The translations under genes were made by a program, and so were the position numbers. Positions 19,787 through 29,878 of a stretch of 64,000 nucleotides of DNA are shown here, piece after piece. The DNA is taken from assembly GCA_027493875.1 (NCBI GenBank), contig JAOSJX010000008.1, positions 1 through 64,000 of the forward strand. The letters are read 5' to 3'. Within the stretch, counting starts at the first letter, position 1. Each line of letters starts with the position of its first letter. The notes under the pieces were generated by a model. That model was not told the origin of the DNA. It saw nothing but the letters and a program-made list of their open reading frames with translations, and made no database searches. Origin of the DNA: Deltaproteobacteria bacterium (GTDB lineage: Bacteria > Lernaellota > Lernaellaia > JACKCT01).

Positions 19787-19905
19787 CCCCTCACCCCTAA
19801 ATCCCCTCCCACAAGGGGAGAGGGGACTTCGCCCTGCTCGATTTCCCCCTCGCCCCACCGTGGGAGAGGGGGATGCCGACCGAAGGTCGGCGGGGGTGAG
19901 GGGGA
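19787..19905. repeat. REP-like nested palindromic intergenic element with terminal inverted repeats CCCCTCACCCC / GGGGTGAGGGG
   Basis: Internal hairpins TCCCCTCCCACAAGGGGAGAGGGGA, CCCCCTCGCCCCACCGTGGGAGAGGGGG, CCGACCGAAGGTCGG read directly. Confidence 0.5.
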
Positions 19906-20046
19906 CATAGCCGCGAGGGACTTTGCCGAGTACCTCGTGCGCGGCGCGGAATCGTTGTCGGTGCTCTCTCCCTTATGGTATAATGCGAGACATCCGGGGA
20001 ACGATAGGCGTCTGCGCACTAGAGACGCGCGGCAACCGAGGCGCAT

Positions 20047-20547
20047 ATGGTAGAAGTCACGATTGATAGTATTCGCGTCAGTTTGATGTCGCAGCATCGG
20101 GTGGTGATTCTCGAGGATATTGACAGCGACCGCTACCTCCCCATCTGGATTGGCCCGTGTGAGGCGGATAACATCACCGTCGAGTTGCAGGGGGTCGAAG
20201 TCTCGCGCCCGCTCACGCATGACCTGCTCAAGTCCGTCATCAGCGAGATGGGTGCCGAGATCACGCGGATTGTGGTCACCGACCTGCGCAACGACATCTT
20301 CTACGCGAACATCATGATCTCCCTCAACGGCAACGAACTCGCCATCGACGCCCGCCCCAGCGACGCTATTGCGCTCGCCGTGCGCGCGCGGGTCCCGATC
20401 TACGTCGAAGACGCGGTCATGTCGCGCGCGGCGGTCACCCCCGATGAAGACCTTGAGAGCGAGACCCCCACCCCCGGTGACGACGATGAACTGAGCATCT
20501 TCAAGGACTTCGTCGATACCCTCGACCTCGACGACCTCGACGAGTAG
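20047..20547 (+). CDS. Bifunctional nuclease (BFN, DUF151) family protein with acidic C-terminal tail
   Basis: RVVILEDIDSDRYLPIWIGPCEA...IDARPSDAIALAVRARVPIYV hallmark BFN motifs. Confidence 0.7.
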   Translation: MVEVTIDSIRVSLMSQHRVVILEDIDSDRYLPIWIGPCEADNITVELQGVEVSRPLTHDLLKSVISEMGAEITRIVVTDLRNDIFYANIMISLNGNELAIDARPSDAIALAVRARVPIYVEDAVMSRAAVTPDEDLESETPTPGDDDELSIFKDFVDTLDLDDLDE

Positions 20548-20682
20548 CCTGTACCCTGCACGGCTCCGAGCTTAAAACTGATGCGCGGGGCGCGCCTCAA
20601 GCCGCCCCGCCATTGACTCATAATGAACCATGTGTTCTAATGAGGTAACGACCGCAACGGCTGAGCGACGCCCAGGGTGCTC

Positions 20683-21817
20683 ATGGAAACGCGCGAACCC
20701 AAAAAGGGCCGGGGCGTGCCCAAAGAGACGCCCGCACAGAACAGCATCGCCGACCTGGCGCGCGCGCTGGCCGCCTATTGCCCGACGCAGGACGGCGCGC
20801 GCGTGCCTGATCGCGCTGGCGCGGCGTGGTTTCTTCGCCGCCGGCATGGTGGAGCAGATCCGCATCATGGCCGAGACGGCGGTAGGGCTGGTCGATTCGC
20901 GCGGCGGCGAGGCTGCCGTGATCGGCGCGCTCGCGGCCTCGCCGGCGGAGAAGGTGCGCGGCGTGGCGGCGTTTGCTGTGCCCATCGTGTACGCCGGCGA
21001 TCTGGACGCGCAGCTCAAGGGCCTCCGCTTCACGGGCGCGCTGGACGGCACCTGGCCGCGCGAACTCTCGGTCACGACGCTGCACAATCTCATCATCACG
21101 CACGGCGTTGAGGCCGTGATGCCGCGCATCAGGGGGTGGATTGCCGACCCCGACCCGGCGGTCAGGCGGCTGGTGGTTGAGGCGTTCCGCCCGCACGGGG
21201 TGATGCTCGCGCACATCGACGAACTGAAGCGCGACCCCGCGCCGCTCAAGGCGCTCCTCGAACCGCTGCTCGACGACGAGTCGGACTACGTGCGCAAGGC
21301 GGTCGCCAACAACCTGAACGACATCGCGAAGACCAATCCCGACACAGTGCTGGCCTGGGCGGGCGCGTGGCTGATGCCAGACGCCTCTGAGGCGCGCCGC
21401 TGGATCATCAACCGGGGGCTGCGCACCCTGGTCAATGACGGCCACCCTGCCGCGCTGAAGCTGCTCGGCTACGTTCCGGCGGCGACGCTCCGCGTGACCT
21501 GGCAGGAGGGCACGCCGCAGCGCGTGGCGATCAACCAGCTTCTGCCGTTCGCGTTTGACATCCACAACCCGTCACGCGCTGACGCGGCGGTGATCCTGGT
21601 CCTCCTCATGGACGAACCCGGCAAGGGCGACTCGCGGCGCCGGCGCAGATACCGGCTCTGGCAGGGCGTCGTCAAAGCCGGGGAGACCCGGAGCGTGCAG
21701 AAGCGTATCCACTTCGTGGACATGACCCGGCAACGGAGGGAACCCGGCGCGTACCACCTGACCGTGACGGTCAACGGCGAGACGCTTGCATCACGCGAGA
21801 TGGTCTTCGCGCGCTAG
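20683..21817 (+). CDS. DNA alkylation repair protein (AlkD-like HEAT-repeat family); frameshift near 20810 in a GCGCGCGCG run
   Basis: Two ORFs (20677-21111 and 20630-21817) overlap in different frames; HEAT-like repeat composition, DYVRKAVANNLNDIAK. Confidence 0.55.
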
Positions 21818-21854
21818 ACCGGCGGCGCCGGCCAACGAGGACGACGAGACGAGG

Positions 21855-23207
21855 ATGACGACTCAAGCGACAACCCGCATTGCGCCCCACAGCGTCGAGG
21901 CTGAGGAAGCCCTCCTCGGCGCGATCCTCATCAACCCGGAGGCCCTGCTTGACGTGACGAGCTTCTTGCAGGCCGATGACTTCTTCATCGTGCGCCACGG
22001 CTGGATCTGGGACGCCCTCCAGCGCCTCCACGCGCGGCGCGAGGCCATCGATTACCTCACCGTCGTCGAAGAGCTGCGCAGTGCCGACCAGCTTGAGGAG
22101 GCCGGCGGCCCGGCCTACCTGACCTACCTTATCAACAACACGCCCACTTCCATCCACGCGGAGGCCTACGGGCGCATTGTGGAGCGCGCCGCGATCCGGC
22201 GGCGGCTGCTCGACGCGGCGGGGGAGATCGCGCGGCTGGCGCACAACGAGGACGCCGAGATCGACCAGGTCATCGACCAGGCCGAGGCCGCGCTCTTCGC
22301 GGCCACGGAGCGCCGCCTGATTCACGAGCTGGTGCCGATCAGCGAGGTGATGACCGACTACTACGACGCGGTCGAGTACCTCTACACGCACCAGGACGAG
22401 GCGCATGGCGTGCCCACCGGCTTCACCGACCTGGATAAGTTGCTGGGCGGGATGCAGAAGAACGACCTGCTCATCGTGGCCGGGCGTCCGGGCATGGGCA
22501 AGAGTAGCTGGCTCATCAGCGCCGCGCTCAACGCCGCGCGCCACGGGCAGCGCGTGGCAATCTTCAGCCTGGAGATGAGCAACGAGCAACTGGTGCAGCG
22601 CATGATCGCCGCCGAGACCGGCATCAACTCGCAGAAGCTCCGCCTGGGCCAGCTCACGCCCGACGAGTGGGGCCGCTTCGTCGAGGCCGCCGAGCGCCTG
22701 AGCAAGCTCCACATCTACCTGGACGACACGCCGGCGCTCTCGGCGCTGCAACTGCGCACCAAGTGCCGCCGCCTGTGGGCACAGACCGGCGTGGACGTGG
22801 TGATTGTCGATTACCTGCAGCTCATGACCTCCGGCGCGCGCATGGACAACCGCGTGCAGGAGATCAGCCTGATTTCGATGGGCCTCAAGCAACTGGCGCG
22901 CGAGATCAAGGTGCCGGTGCTGGCGGCGGCGCAGCTTTCGCGCGCGGTCGAGCAGCGGCAGGACAAGCGCCCGCAGCTCTCGGACCTGCGGGAAAGCGGC
23001 TCAATCGAGCAGGACGCGGACGTGGTGATGTTCCTCTACCGCGACGAGGTCTACAACCCCGAAGACACCGAGAAGCCGAACGTGGCGGAAGTCATCGTCG
23101 CCAAGCACCGCAACGGCCCCACCGGCAGCATCGAGCTGTTCTTCAAGAAGGAACTCACCCAGTTCACCGACCTGTTCACGCGCACGGTGGACCTGGGCGC
23201 GCTCTAG
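21855..23207 (+). CDS. dnaB: Replicative DNA helicase DnaB
   Basis: N-term PHSVEAEEALLGAIL, Walker A GRPGMGKS, H4 motif SGSIEQDADVVMFLYR; ~450 aa. Confidence 0.9.
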   Translation: MTTQATTRIAPHSVEAEEALLGAILINPEALLDVTSFLQADDFFIVRHGWIWDALQRLHARREAIDYLTVVEELRSADQLEEAGGPAYLTYLINNTPTSIHAEAYGRIVERAAIRRRLLDAAGEIARLAHNEDAEIDQVIDQAEAALFAATERRLIHELVPISEVMTDYYDAVEYLYTHQDEAHGVPTGFTDLDKLLGGMQKNDLLIVAGRPGMGKSSWLISAALNAARHGQRVAIFSLEMSNEQLVQRMIAAETGINSQKLRLGQLTPDEWGRFVEAAERLSKLHIYLDDTPALSALQLRTKCRRLWAQTGVDVVIVDYLQLMTSGARMDNRVQEISLISMGLKQLAREIKVPVLAAAQLSRAVEQRQDKRPQLSDLRESGSIEQDADVVMFLYRDEVYNPEDTEKPNVAEVIVAKHRNGPTGSIELFFKKELTQFTDLFTRTVDLGAL

Positions 23208-23234
23208 CACGGGCGCGGGAGGGGAGTTGGAGCG

Positions 23235-23951
23235 ATGGCGCGCATGGAAGGGTTCAGCGGGTTTGCGGGGCGGACCGGCATGGTCCGCATCCCCGCGCCG
23301 TTCTTCAGCGAGTTGTTGCCCATCATCGACCACCTGGGCGAGATGAAGGTCACGCTCTACTGCCTGTGGGCACTGCAGCGCAAGGAGGGCGAGCACCGCT
23401 ACCTGACGCTGCGCGACTTCCTGCGCGACGACGACTTCATGAACGGGTTGGGCCACCCGCGCGCCAGCGCCGAGGCGGTGCTGGAAGACGCGCTCGAACG
23501 CGCCGTAGCGCGCGGGACGCTGCTCCACATCTCCGTCGAGGGCGCGGAAGGGGAGGAGCAACTGTACTTCGTCAACACGGAGCGCGGGCGGCGCGCCGTC
23601 GAGGCGATTGAGCGCGGCGAGTGGCGGCCTGGCGCGGGCGACGCGCCTGCGGAGCTGATGCTGCGCGTGGACCGGCCCAACATCTTCGTGCTCTACGAGC
23701 AGAACATCGGCCCGCTCACGCCCCTCATCGCCGACGCGCTGCGCGAGATCGAGGAAGACTATCCCCAGCCCTGGATTGAGGAGGCCATCCGCCTGGCGGT
23801 GACCAACAACGCGCGGAGCCTGGCCTATTTCCGCGCCATCCTCGAACGATGGGAAGCCGAGGGTAAGGACCGTGGAAGACATCGAAGAGACTCTGAAAAG
23901 GATCGGCGACGCTACGTCGAAGGCGAGTTCGCCGACTTCATCGATAGCTGA
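23235..23951 (+). CDS. DnaD-domain replication initiation protein (DnaD/DnaB-Bsu-like)
   Basis: C-terminal DDBH2-like segment TPLIADALREIEEDYPQPWIEEAIRLAVTNNARSLAYFRAILERWEAEGK. Confidence 0.6.
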   Translation: MARMEGFSGFAGRTGMVRIPAPFFSELLPIIDHLGEMKVTLYCLWALQRKEGEHRYLTLRDFLRDDDFMNGLGHPRASAEAVLEDALERAVARGTLLHISVEGAEGEEQLYFVNTERGRRAVEAIERGEWRPGAGDAPAELMLRVDRPNIFVLYEQNIGPLTPLIADALREIEEDYPQPWIEEAIRLAVTNNARSLAYFRAILERWEAEGKDRGRHRRDSEKDRRRYVEGEFADFIDS

Positions 23952-25374
23952 CGCCGAAGCCGCCGGCCAGGACGACGCGCCCTGCCCGATCTGCGGCGGC
24001 GCGGGCTTCGTGCGCTACGATGCGCCCGTCGGCCACCCGGACTTCGGAAAGGCGGCCCCGTGCACGTGCCGCCTCGCGCGCCTGGAGCGCGACCGCATCG
24101 GGCAATTGCGCCGTTTCGGCGGGTTGATCGCGCTCGCCGACAAGACGTTCGCGTCCTTCGACCCCGCGCCGCCGGGCCTCTCACCGGACCAGGCCACGAG
24201 CCTGCGCATCGCCTTCAAGCGCGCTGAGCGCTTTGCGGAGCGCCCGCAGGGGTGGCTGCTCTTGCAGGGCACCTACGGCTGCGGCAAGACCCACCTCGCG
24301 GCGGCCATCGCCAACCGCCAGATTGAGCACGGGCAGCCGGTGCTGTTCGTGGGCGTGCCCGACCTCCTCGACCACCTGCGCGCGACCTACGGCCCAAGCT
24401 CCGAGGTGAGCTACGACGAGCGCTTCGAGCAGGTCCGCACCGAGCGCCTGCTCATCCTCGACGACCTCGGCGCGGAAAGCGCGACGCCGTGGGCGCAGGA
24501 GAAGCTCTACCAGATCTTCAACTACCGCTACATGCACGAGCTGCCGACGGTCATCACCACCAACGCCGACCTGGACCGGCTCGACCCGCGCATCCGCAGC
24601 CGGCTGGTGGACCAGCACCTCACGAGCGGCGTGCGCATCACCGCGCCGGACTACCGGCGCAGCGGCGCGGCGTCGGACCAGGGCGAGATTTCGAGCCTGG
24701 CGCTCTACCGGGGCATGACGTTCGACGCCTTCGACCTGCGCACGCAACTCCCCCGCGACCAGCGCGAGAGCCTGGAGCACGCCTACAAGGCCGCGCGTGC
24801 CTTCGCCGAGAATCCGGAGAACTGGCTGGTGTTCGTGGGCACCTACGGCTGCGGCAAGACCCACCTCGCGGCGGCTATCGCCAACCACCGCAGCAGCCAG
24901 GGCGACGACGTGGTGTTCGTCACCGCGCCGGACCTGCTCGACCACCTGCGCGCGACCTACGGGCCGGAGCGCACCGTCGGCTACGACGAGCGCTTCTACG
25001 CCATCCGCAAAGCGCCGCTGCTCGTCCTGGACGACCTGGGCACCGAGAACGAGACGCCCTGGGCGATTGAGAAGCTCTTTCAGATCATCGACTATCGCTA
25101 TGTCGCGCAGCTCCCGACCGTGTTCACCTCCGCCTATCTGCTGGAGGAACTGGACCAGCGCCTTGTCAGCCGGATGCTCGACACGCGGGTGTGCCGGGTT
25201 GTCGCCATCCTCGCGCAGAGCTATCGCGGCGGGATCGCGCCCAACGTCGGCGAACGGCGTTCCAGCCGGGGGGCGCAAACGGTAGACGTGGCGGCGCATG
25301 GCACAGGATTTGCACTGAGATTGACAGTAACCTCAATCGGAAGTGCTGGCTCGACCTGTTGGCGCGGAATGTGA
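23872..25374 (+). CDS. DnaC/DnaI/IstB-like helicase loader with N-terminal Cys4 zinc-binding motif and two tandem AAA+ modules
   Basis: CPICGGAGFV...CTC N-term; GTYGCGKTHLAAAIAN Walker A appears twice (about 24268 and 24838) with near-identical DNA; LILDDLG and LVLDDLG Walker B; start uncertain (overlaps DnaD-like ORF). Confidence 0.65.
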   Translation: MEDIEETLKRIGDATSKASSPTSSIADAEAAGQDDAPCPICGGAGFVRYDAPVGHPDFGKAAPCTCRLARLERDRIGQLRRFGGLIALADKTFASFDPAPPGLSPDQATSLRIAFKRAERFAERPQGWLLLQGTYGCGKTHLAAAIANRQIEHGQPVLFVGVPDLLDHLRATYGPSSEVSYDERFEQVRTERLLILDDLGAESATPWAQEKLYQIFNYRYMHELPTVITTNADLDRLDPRIRSRLVDQHLTSGVRITAPDYRRSGAASDQGEISSLALYRGMTFDAFDLRTQLPRDQRESLEHAYKAARAFAENPENWLVFVGTYGCGKTHLAAAIANHRSSQGDDVVFVTAPDLLDHLRATYGPERTVGYDERFYAIRKAPLLVLDDLGTENETPWAIEKLFQIIDYRYVAQLPTVFTSAYLLEELDQRLVSRMLDTRVCRVVAILAQSYRGGIAPNVGERRSSRGAQTVDVAAHGTGFALRLTVTSIGSAGSTCWRGM

Positions 25375-25440
25375 AAGCCCTCCATACTATGCTATCATTG
25401 ACGCACAACAGTTCGAGCCGGGAATGCGCAGGGAAACGTC

Positions 25441-26832
25441 ATGTTTGAACGTCTGTCAATCCTGTTCCGGGCTTTGTGGGGCAAATACAAGTCCAGGCCG
25501 CTGACGCTCCTGTTCTTTGGGGCGCTCGCCCTCGGCGCGGCGGTGGCGGTGACGATGGCGCTTTTTTTCGATGGCCTGCCCCGTAAAGAGATATGGGTGC
25601 CGCTGGCGTGCGCCATTCCGGTGGTCTTTGCGCTCACGTACTACTTCACGCTGGTGCGCGCGTCGCAGGCGTTCGTGCGCTGGTACGACACCTCCGAGGC
25701 CGACGCCTTCGAGATCGCCGTGTCGCACGCCATTGGCTCAGGGCAGCTCAAGATCAGTGCGTCGAAGGGCCGGCTCGACCTGACCGACAAGACCGAGGAG
25801 GAGCGGGCCGCGTTCCGGATCAAGATGGCCGCCGGCGTGCCGGTCTTGCTGACGCTGAGCGCCGACACCGCCGTGGTGACCGAGCTGAACGGGAAGCCCC
25901 ACCGCGTCATCGTCGATCCAGGCAAGCACACCCTGCTGCCTTTCGAGCAGATCCGCTACACCATCGACCGCCGGGCGCACACGGCCTTCCAGGAGGGTAT
26001 CACCGCCATGACGCGCGACGGCGTGACCGTCACCATCGACGCCGTCGCCGGGTATCAGATCAGGCGCAAGGGCCAGCCTTCGGTTGACAACCCGTTCCCC
26101 GTTGATGAGATCGCGCTGCTCCAGTCTGCGTACCGGCGCATTGTGCAGGGGAACGAGCCTGAGCCGCCCAACCTGGACAAGATGATGCCGCAGATGCTGT
26201 CGGTCCCGGTGCAGAACGTGGTGGCGCAGTACCGGCTGAGCGATCTGTTTGAGCATTCCATCGAGGGGTTGGAGGCGGAAAACCGCGTGCCGCGCGCGCG
26301 CTTTGGCGCCGAGGTCAAGGAGGCGCTCGAAGGCTACATCGGCGCGTATGGCCTGGAGATCACCTTCGTGAGCATCTCGCGCATCGAAGTGTCTGATGAG
26401 AGTATCCGCAAGCACATGGTCGAACACTGGGCGCGCGAGCGCGAGCACGAAATCGAGCGCCGCGTCGTGCCGGTTGAGGCGCGCCTCAAAGCCGATCAGG
26501 CGCTGACGATGTTGCGCGCGTTGCAGGCGGAACTGGCCGCCTCCGGCCAGGACGTGACCGTCGAGGATGTTGCGAACTACCTGCGCGATATCGAGTTCAT
26601 CTACTCAAGCCTCAGCTACCTGGTTCGCATTGCGGGTGGTGAAGAGGAATACCCTATGGGCGCCTATCGACCGGGTGCGCTGGGACCGGGAACGTCCCCT
26701 AGAAGGGCGTTTGAAGAGATCGAAGAGGGCCGGTACGACACGCCGCATGAAGTACAGAGCGACAGGAACTCGCGCGCCGCTTCCCTGGAATGGCCTCTGA
26801 GGATAACATCTACCGCTAGGGAGAGGGTCTGA
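25441..26832 (+). CDS. SPFH/band-7 (stomatin/prohibitin/flotillin-like) domain membrane protein
   Basis: Two N-terminal TM helices then SPFH-like core (DGVTVTIDAVAGYQI ... LEITFVSISRIEVSDESI) and coiled-coil tail. Confidence 0.55.
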   Translation: MFERLSILFRALWGKYKSRPLTLLFFGALALGAAVAVTMALFFDGLPRKEIWVPLACAIPVVFALTYYFTLVRASQAFVRWYDTSEADAFEIAVSHAIGSGQLKISASKGRLDLTDKTEEERAAFRIKMAAGVPVLLTLSADTAVVTELNGKPHRVIVDPGKHTLLPFEQIRYTIDRRAHTAFQEGITAMTRDGVTVTIDAVAGYQIRRKGQPSVDNPFPVDEIALLQSAYRRIVQGNEPEPPNLDKMMPQMLSVPVQNVVAQYRLSDLFEHSIEGLEAENRVPRARFGAEVKEALEGYIGAYGLEITFVSISRIEVSDESIRKHMVEHWAREREHEIERRVVPVEARLKADQALTMLRALQAELAASGQDVTVEDVANYLRDIEFIYSSLSYLVRIAGGEEEYPMGAYRPGALGPGTSPRRAFEEIEEGRYDTPHEVQSDRNSRAASLEWPLRITSTARERV

Positions 26833-27768
26833 ATGCGCGAAGACGGGCACGTGCTGGTCGTCGGCGCGGCGGGCCTGGATGTGAAGGCCAGCCCTTACGA
26901 CGAAGTGCTCATTGAGGGCACGTCGAATCCGGGGCGCATCCGCAACACGGTCGGCGGCGTCGCGCGCAACATCGCCGAGAACCTCGCCCGCCTCGAAGTG
27001 CCCGTCGTCCTGCTCAGCGCGGTTGGCGACGATCCCCCAGGCCAGCGGGTACTGGAACAGGCCGAAGAGAGCGGCATCGATATCACGCACGTGCTCCAGG
27101 TGCCCGAAGCGCGCACCGGCGAGTGGATGGGCCTGATGCGCCCGGACGGCAGCCTGCGGCTGGCGGTCGATGACTACGAGATCATGGAGCACCTCACGCC
27201 CAAGTACCTGAACGCACGCCGCCGGCTCTTCGCCGGGGCGCGGATGGTCGTCATTGACGCCAACCTCAGGCCGCGCACGCTGGAGACCCTGTTCAGGCTG
27301 GCGGCGAAATACGCGCTGCCGGTGTGCGCCGACCCCACGTCGGCGAACCTCGCGGGCCGCCTGTGCCCCCACCTGAACCAGTTGTACATGATCACGCCCA
27401 ACGTGCGCGAGACCGCCGCGCTCTGCGGCATCAGCATCCGGGTCAGCGAGCGCGACACCGCCTTCATCGCGGCGCGCGAGCTGGTGGCGCTTGGAGTGAA
27501 GATCGCCGTGGTCACGCTTGGGTCGGCGGGGCTGGTGTACGCCGCCGGGCCGGCCAGCGGTTACATCCCCGCGCTGCGCACCGAGGTGATCGACACCACC
27601 GGCGCGGGCGACGCCCTCACCGCCGGCGTGATCTTCGGCCTGCTGCACGAAGTCCCTCTCGACGAGGCGATGCGCCTGGGCGTGTCGGCGGCCTCGCTGA
27701 CGCTGCGCACGCGCCACACGGTTGTACCCCGACTGAACCAGGAAATGTTGTTTGACCAACTGGTCTAG
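26833..27768 (+). CDS. psuK: PfkB-family carbohydrate kinase, probable pseudouridine kinase
   Basis: Ribokinase-like GG and TGAGD anion-hole motifs; immediately upstream of pseudouridine-5-phosphate glycosidase. Confidence 0.65.
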   Translation: MREDGHVLVVGAAGLDVKASPYDEVLIEGTSNPGRIRNTVGGVARNIAENLARLEVPVVLLSAVGDDPPGQRVLEQAEESGIDITHVLQVPEARTGEWMGLMRPDGSLRLAVDDYEIMEHLTPKYLNARRRLFAGARMVVIDANLRPRTLETLFRLAAKYALPVCADPTSANLAGRLCPHLNQLYMITPNVRETAALCGISIRVSERDTAFIAARELVALGVKIAVVTLGSAGLVYAAGPASGYIPALRTEVIDTTGAGDALTAGVIFGLLHEVPLDEAMRLGVSAASLTLRTRHTVVPRLNQEMLFDQLV

Positions 27769-27855
27769 TCATCGACCAACGTGAACGCGAAACGGAGCGC
27801 GGTTGCTCAGGGGGCGTCACCCTGCCGCACCGCGCTATTGCTTGGGAGGATGCCC

Positions 27856-28812
<957 letters not shown>

Positions 28813-28912
28813 AGCTACTGGCCTCAACTGAAGGTAACGACAACTGTGTATCGCGGCGCGCGGCGTGCATGGCCGGGGTTTATGGGTATCATATTCCCAG
28901 AGAGGGCGCGCG

Positions 28913-29766
28913 ATGACGCGGCTTGCGGATGTTGTGGCCGAATTGAATAGCCCCGACCCCCAGCGGCGGCGCGAGACCGTCCGCGCGCTGGCGCGGCTCC
29001 GCGCGTTTGAGGCGATCGACGTGCTGCGCCAGGTCGCGGAGAACGACCCCGACGAGGAGGCGCGCGTGCTCGCTGCCGCTGCGGTGGCGTTCCTCGAACG
29101 CGCGCAGGTCGAAGCGCAGCAGCGGCCCCCCGGCGCAGCGCCACCGCCGCGCCCGACCTTTCGGAGGGCGCGCTGCGCTCCAAAGAGGCGGTTGTGGGCG
29201 CGCGCCACCTCAGCACCGGCGAGTTCGTGCTGGTTGGCGCGCTGGTGACGCTGGTCGGGGCGTTGTTCCTCCTGCTGCTGGGTGGGGGGTTCGACGCGCT
29301 GCGCGCGCGCCTGGAGGCCACCCCGCTGCCCCAGACGCGCGACAGCGTCGTCGCCGAGATGCGCGAGATCATCCGGGTCTCGCGCGAGACCGCCGAGCAG
29401 TTGCGCGCGGTGCCGGCCCTGATCGTGGGCAGCGCCGGCGGCCTGGACTGCGCCGACCTGCCTTCCATCCCGGCCACGTACCGCCTCCCGGACTCCGAGC
29501 GGACCGCCTACCCGGAGCTTGGCCCCGCTGAGGGGGCGCTCCACGAGGCGCGGATCGCGCTACACGACGTCGAGGCGCGGTGGCAGCACGAATGCCAGGA
29601 CGGGCGGCTGCGCGAAGCGCAGGCGCACATCCTGACCCAGACCGAGGCGTTCATCCAGGCGGGGCTGGCGGCGCTCGCCGAGGCGGAGCGCGTGCTGGAC
29701 CTCCTGCCGCCGCTCCCGACGGTCACGCCGACGGGCGTCTCGTGGTATACTAACCGTGACGGATAG
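28913..29766 (+). CDS. HEAT/PBS-lyase repeat protein with central TM helix and C-terminal domain; frameshift near 29160
   Basis: HEAT-like repeats PDPQRRRETVRALARL, DPDEEARVLAAAAVAFL; second ORF carries TM FVLVGALVTLVGALFLLLLGG. Confidence 0.45.
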
Positions 29767-29878
29767 CACATTAACCGCAAACCGTTCTTTTGCTTGTATT
29801 AGCGGTTAAGAAACTGCGATTCTCCGCTTAAAGCGCGGACCTCGGTAACGCAAGCATCGAGAGTGCCAGCCGGTAGCA

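Noticed and set aside
17969-19858. 629-aa ORF on minus strand
   Set aside because: Antisense to the repeat-domain gene. The plus strand shows four internally consistent protein repeats and the minus strand does not. Long antisense ORFs are expected at this GC content.
21771-22892. 373-aa minus-strand ORF
   Set aside because: Antisense to dnaB, which carries unmistakable helicase motifs.
24181-25299. 372-aa minus-strand ORF
   Set aside because: Antisense to the DnaC-like loader.
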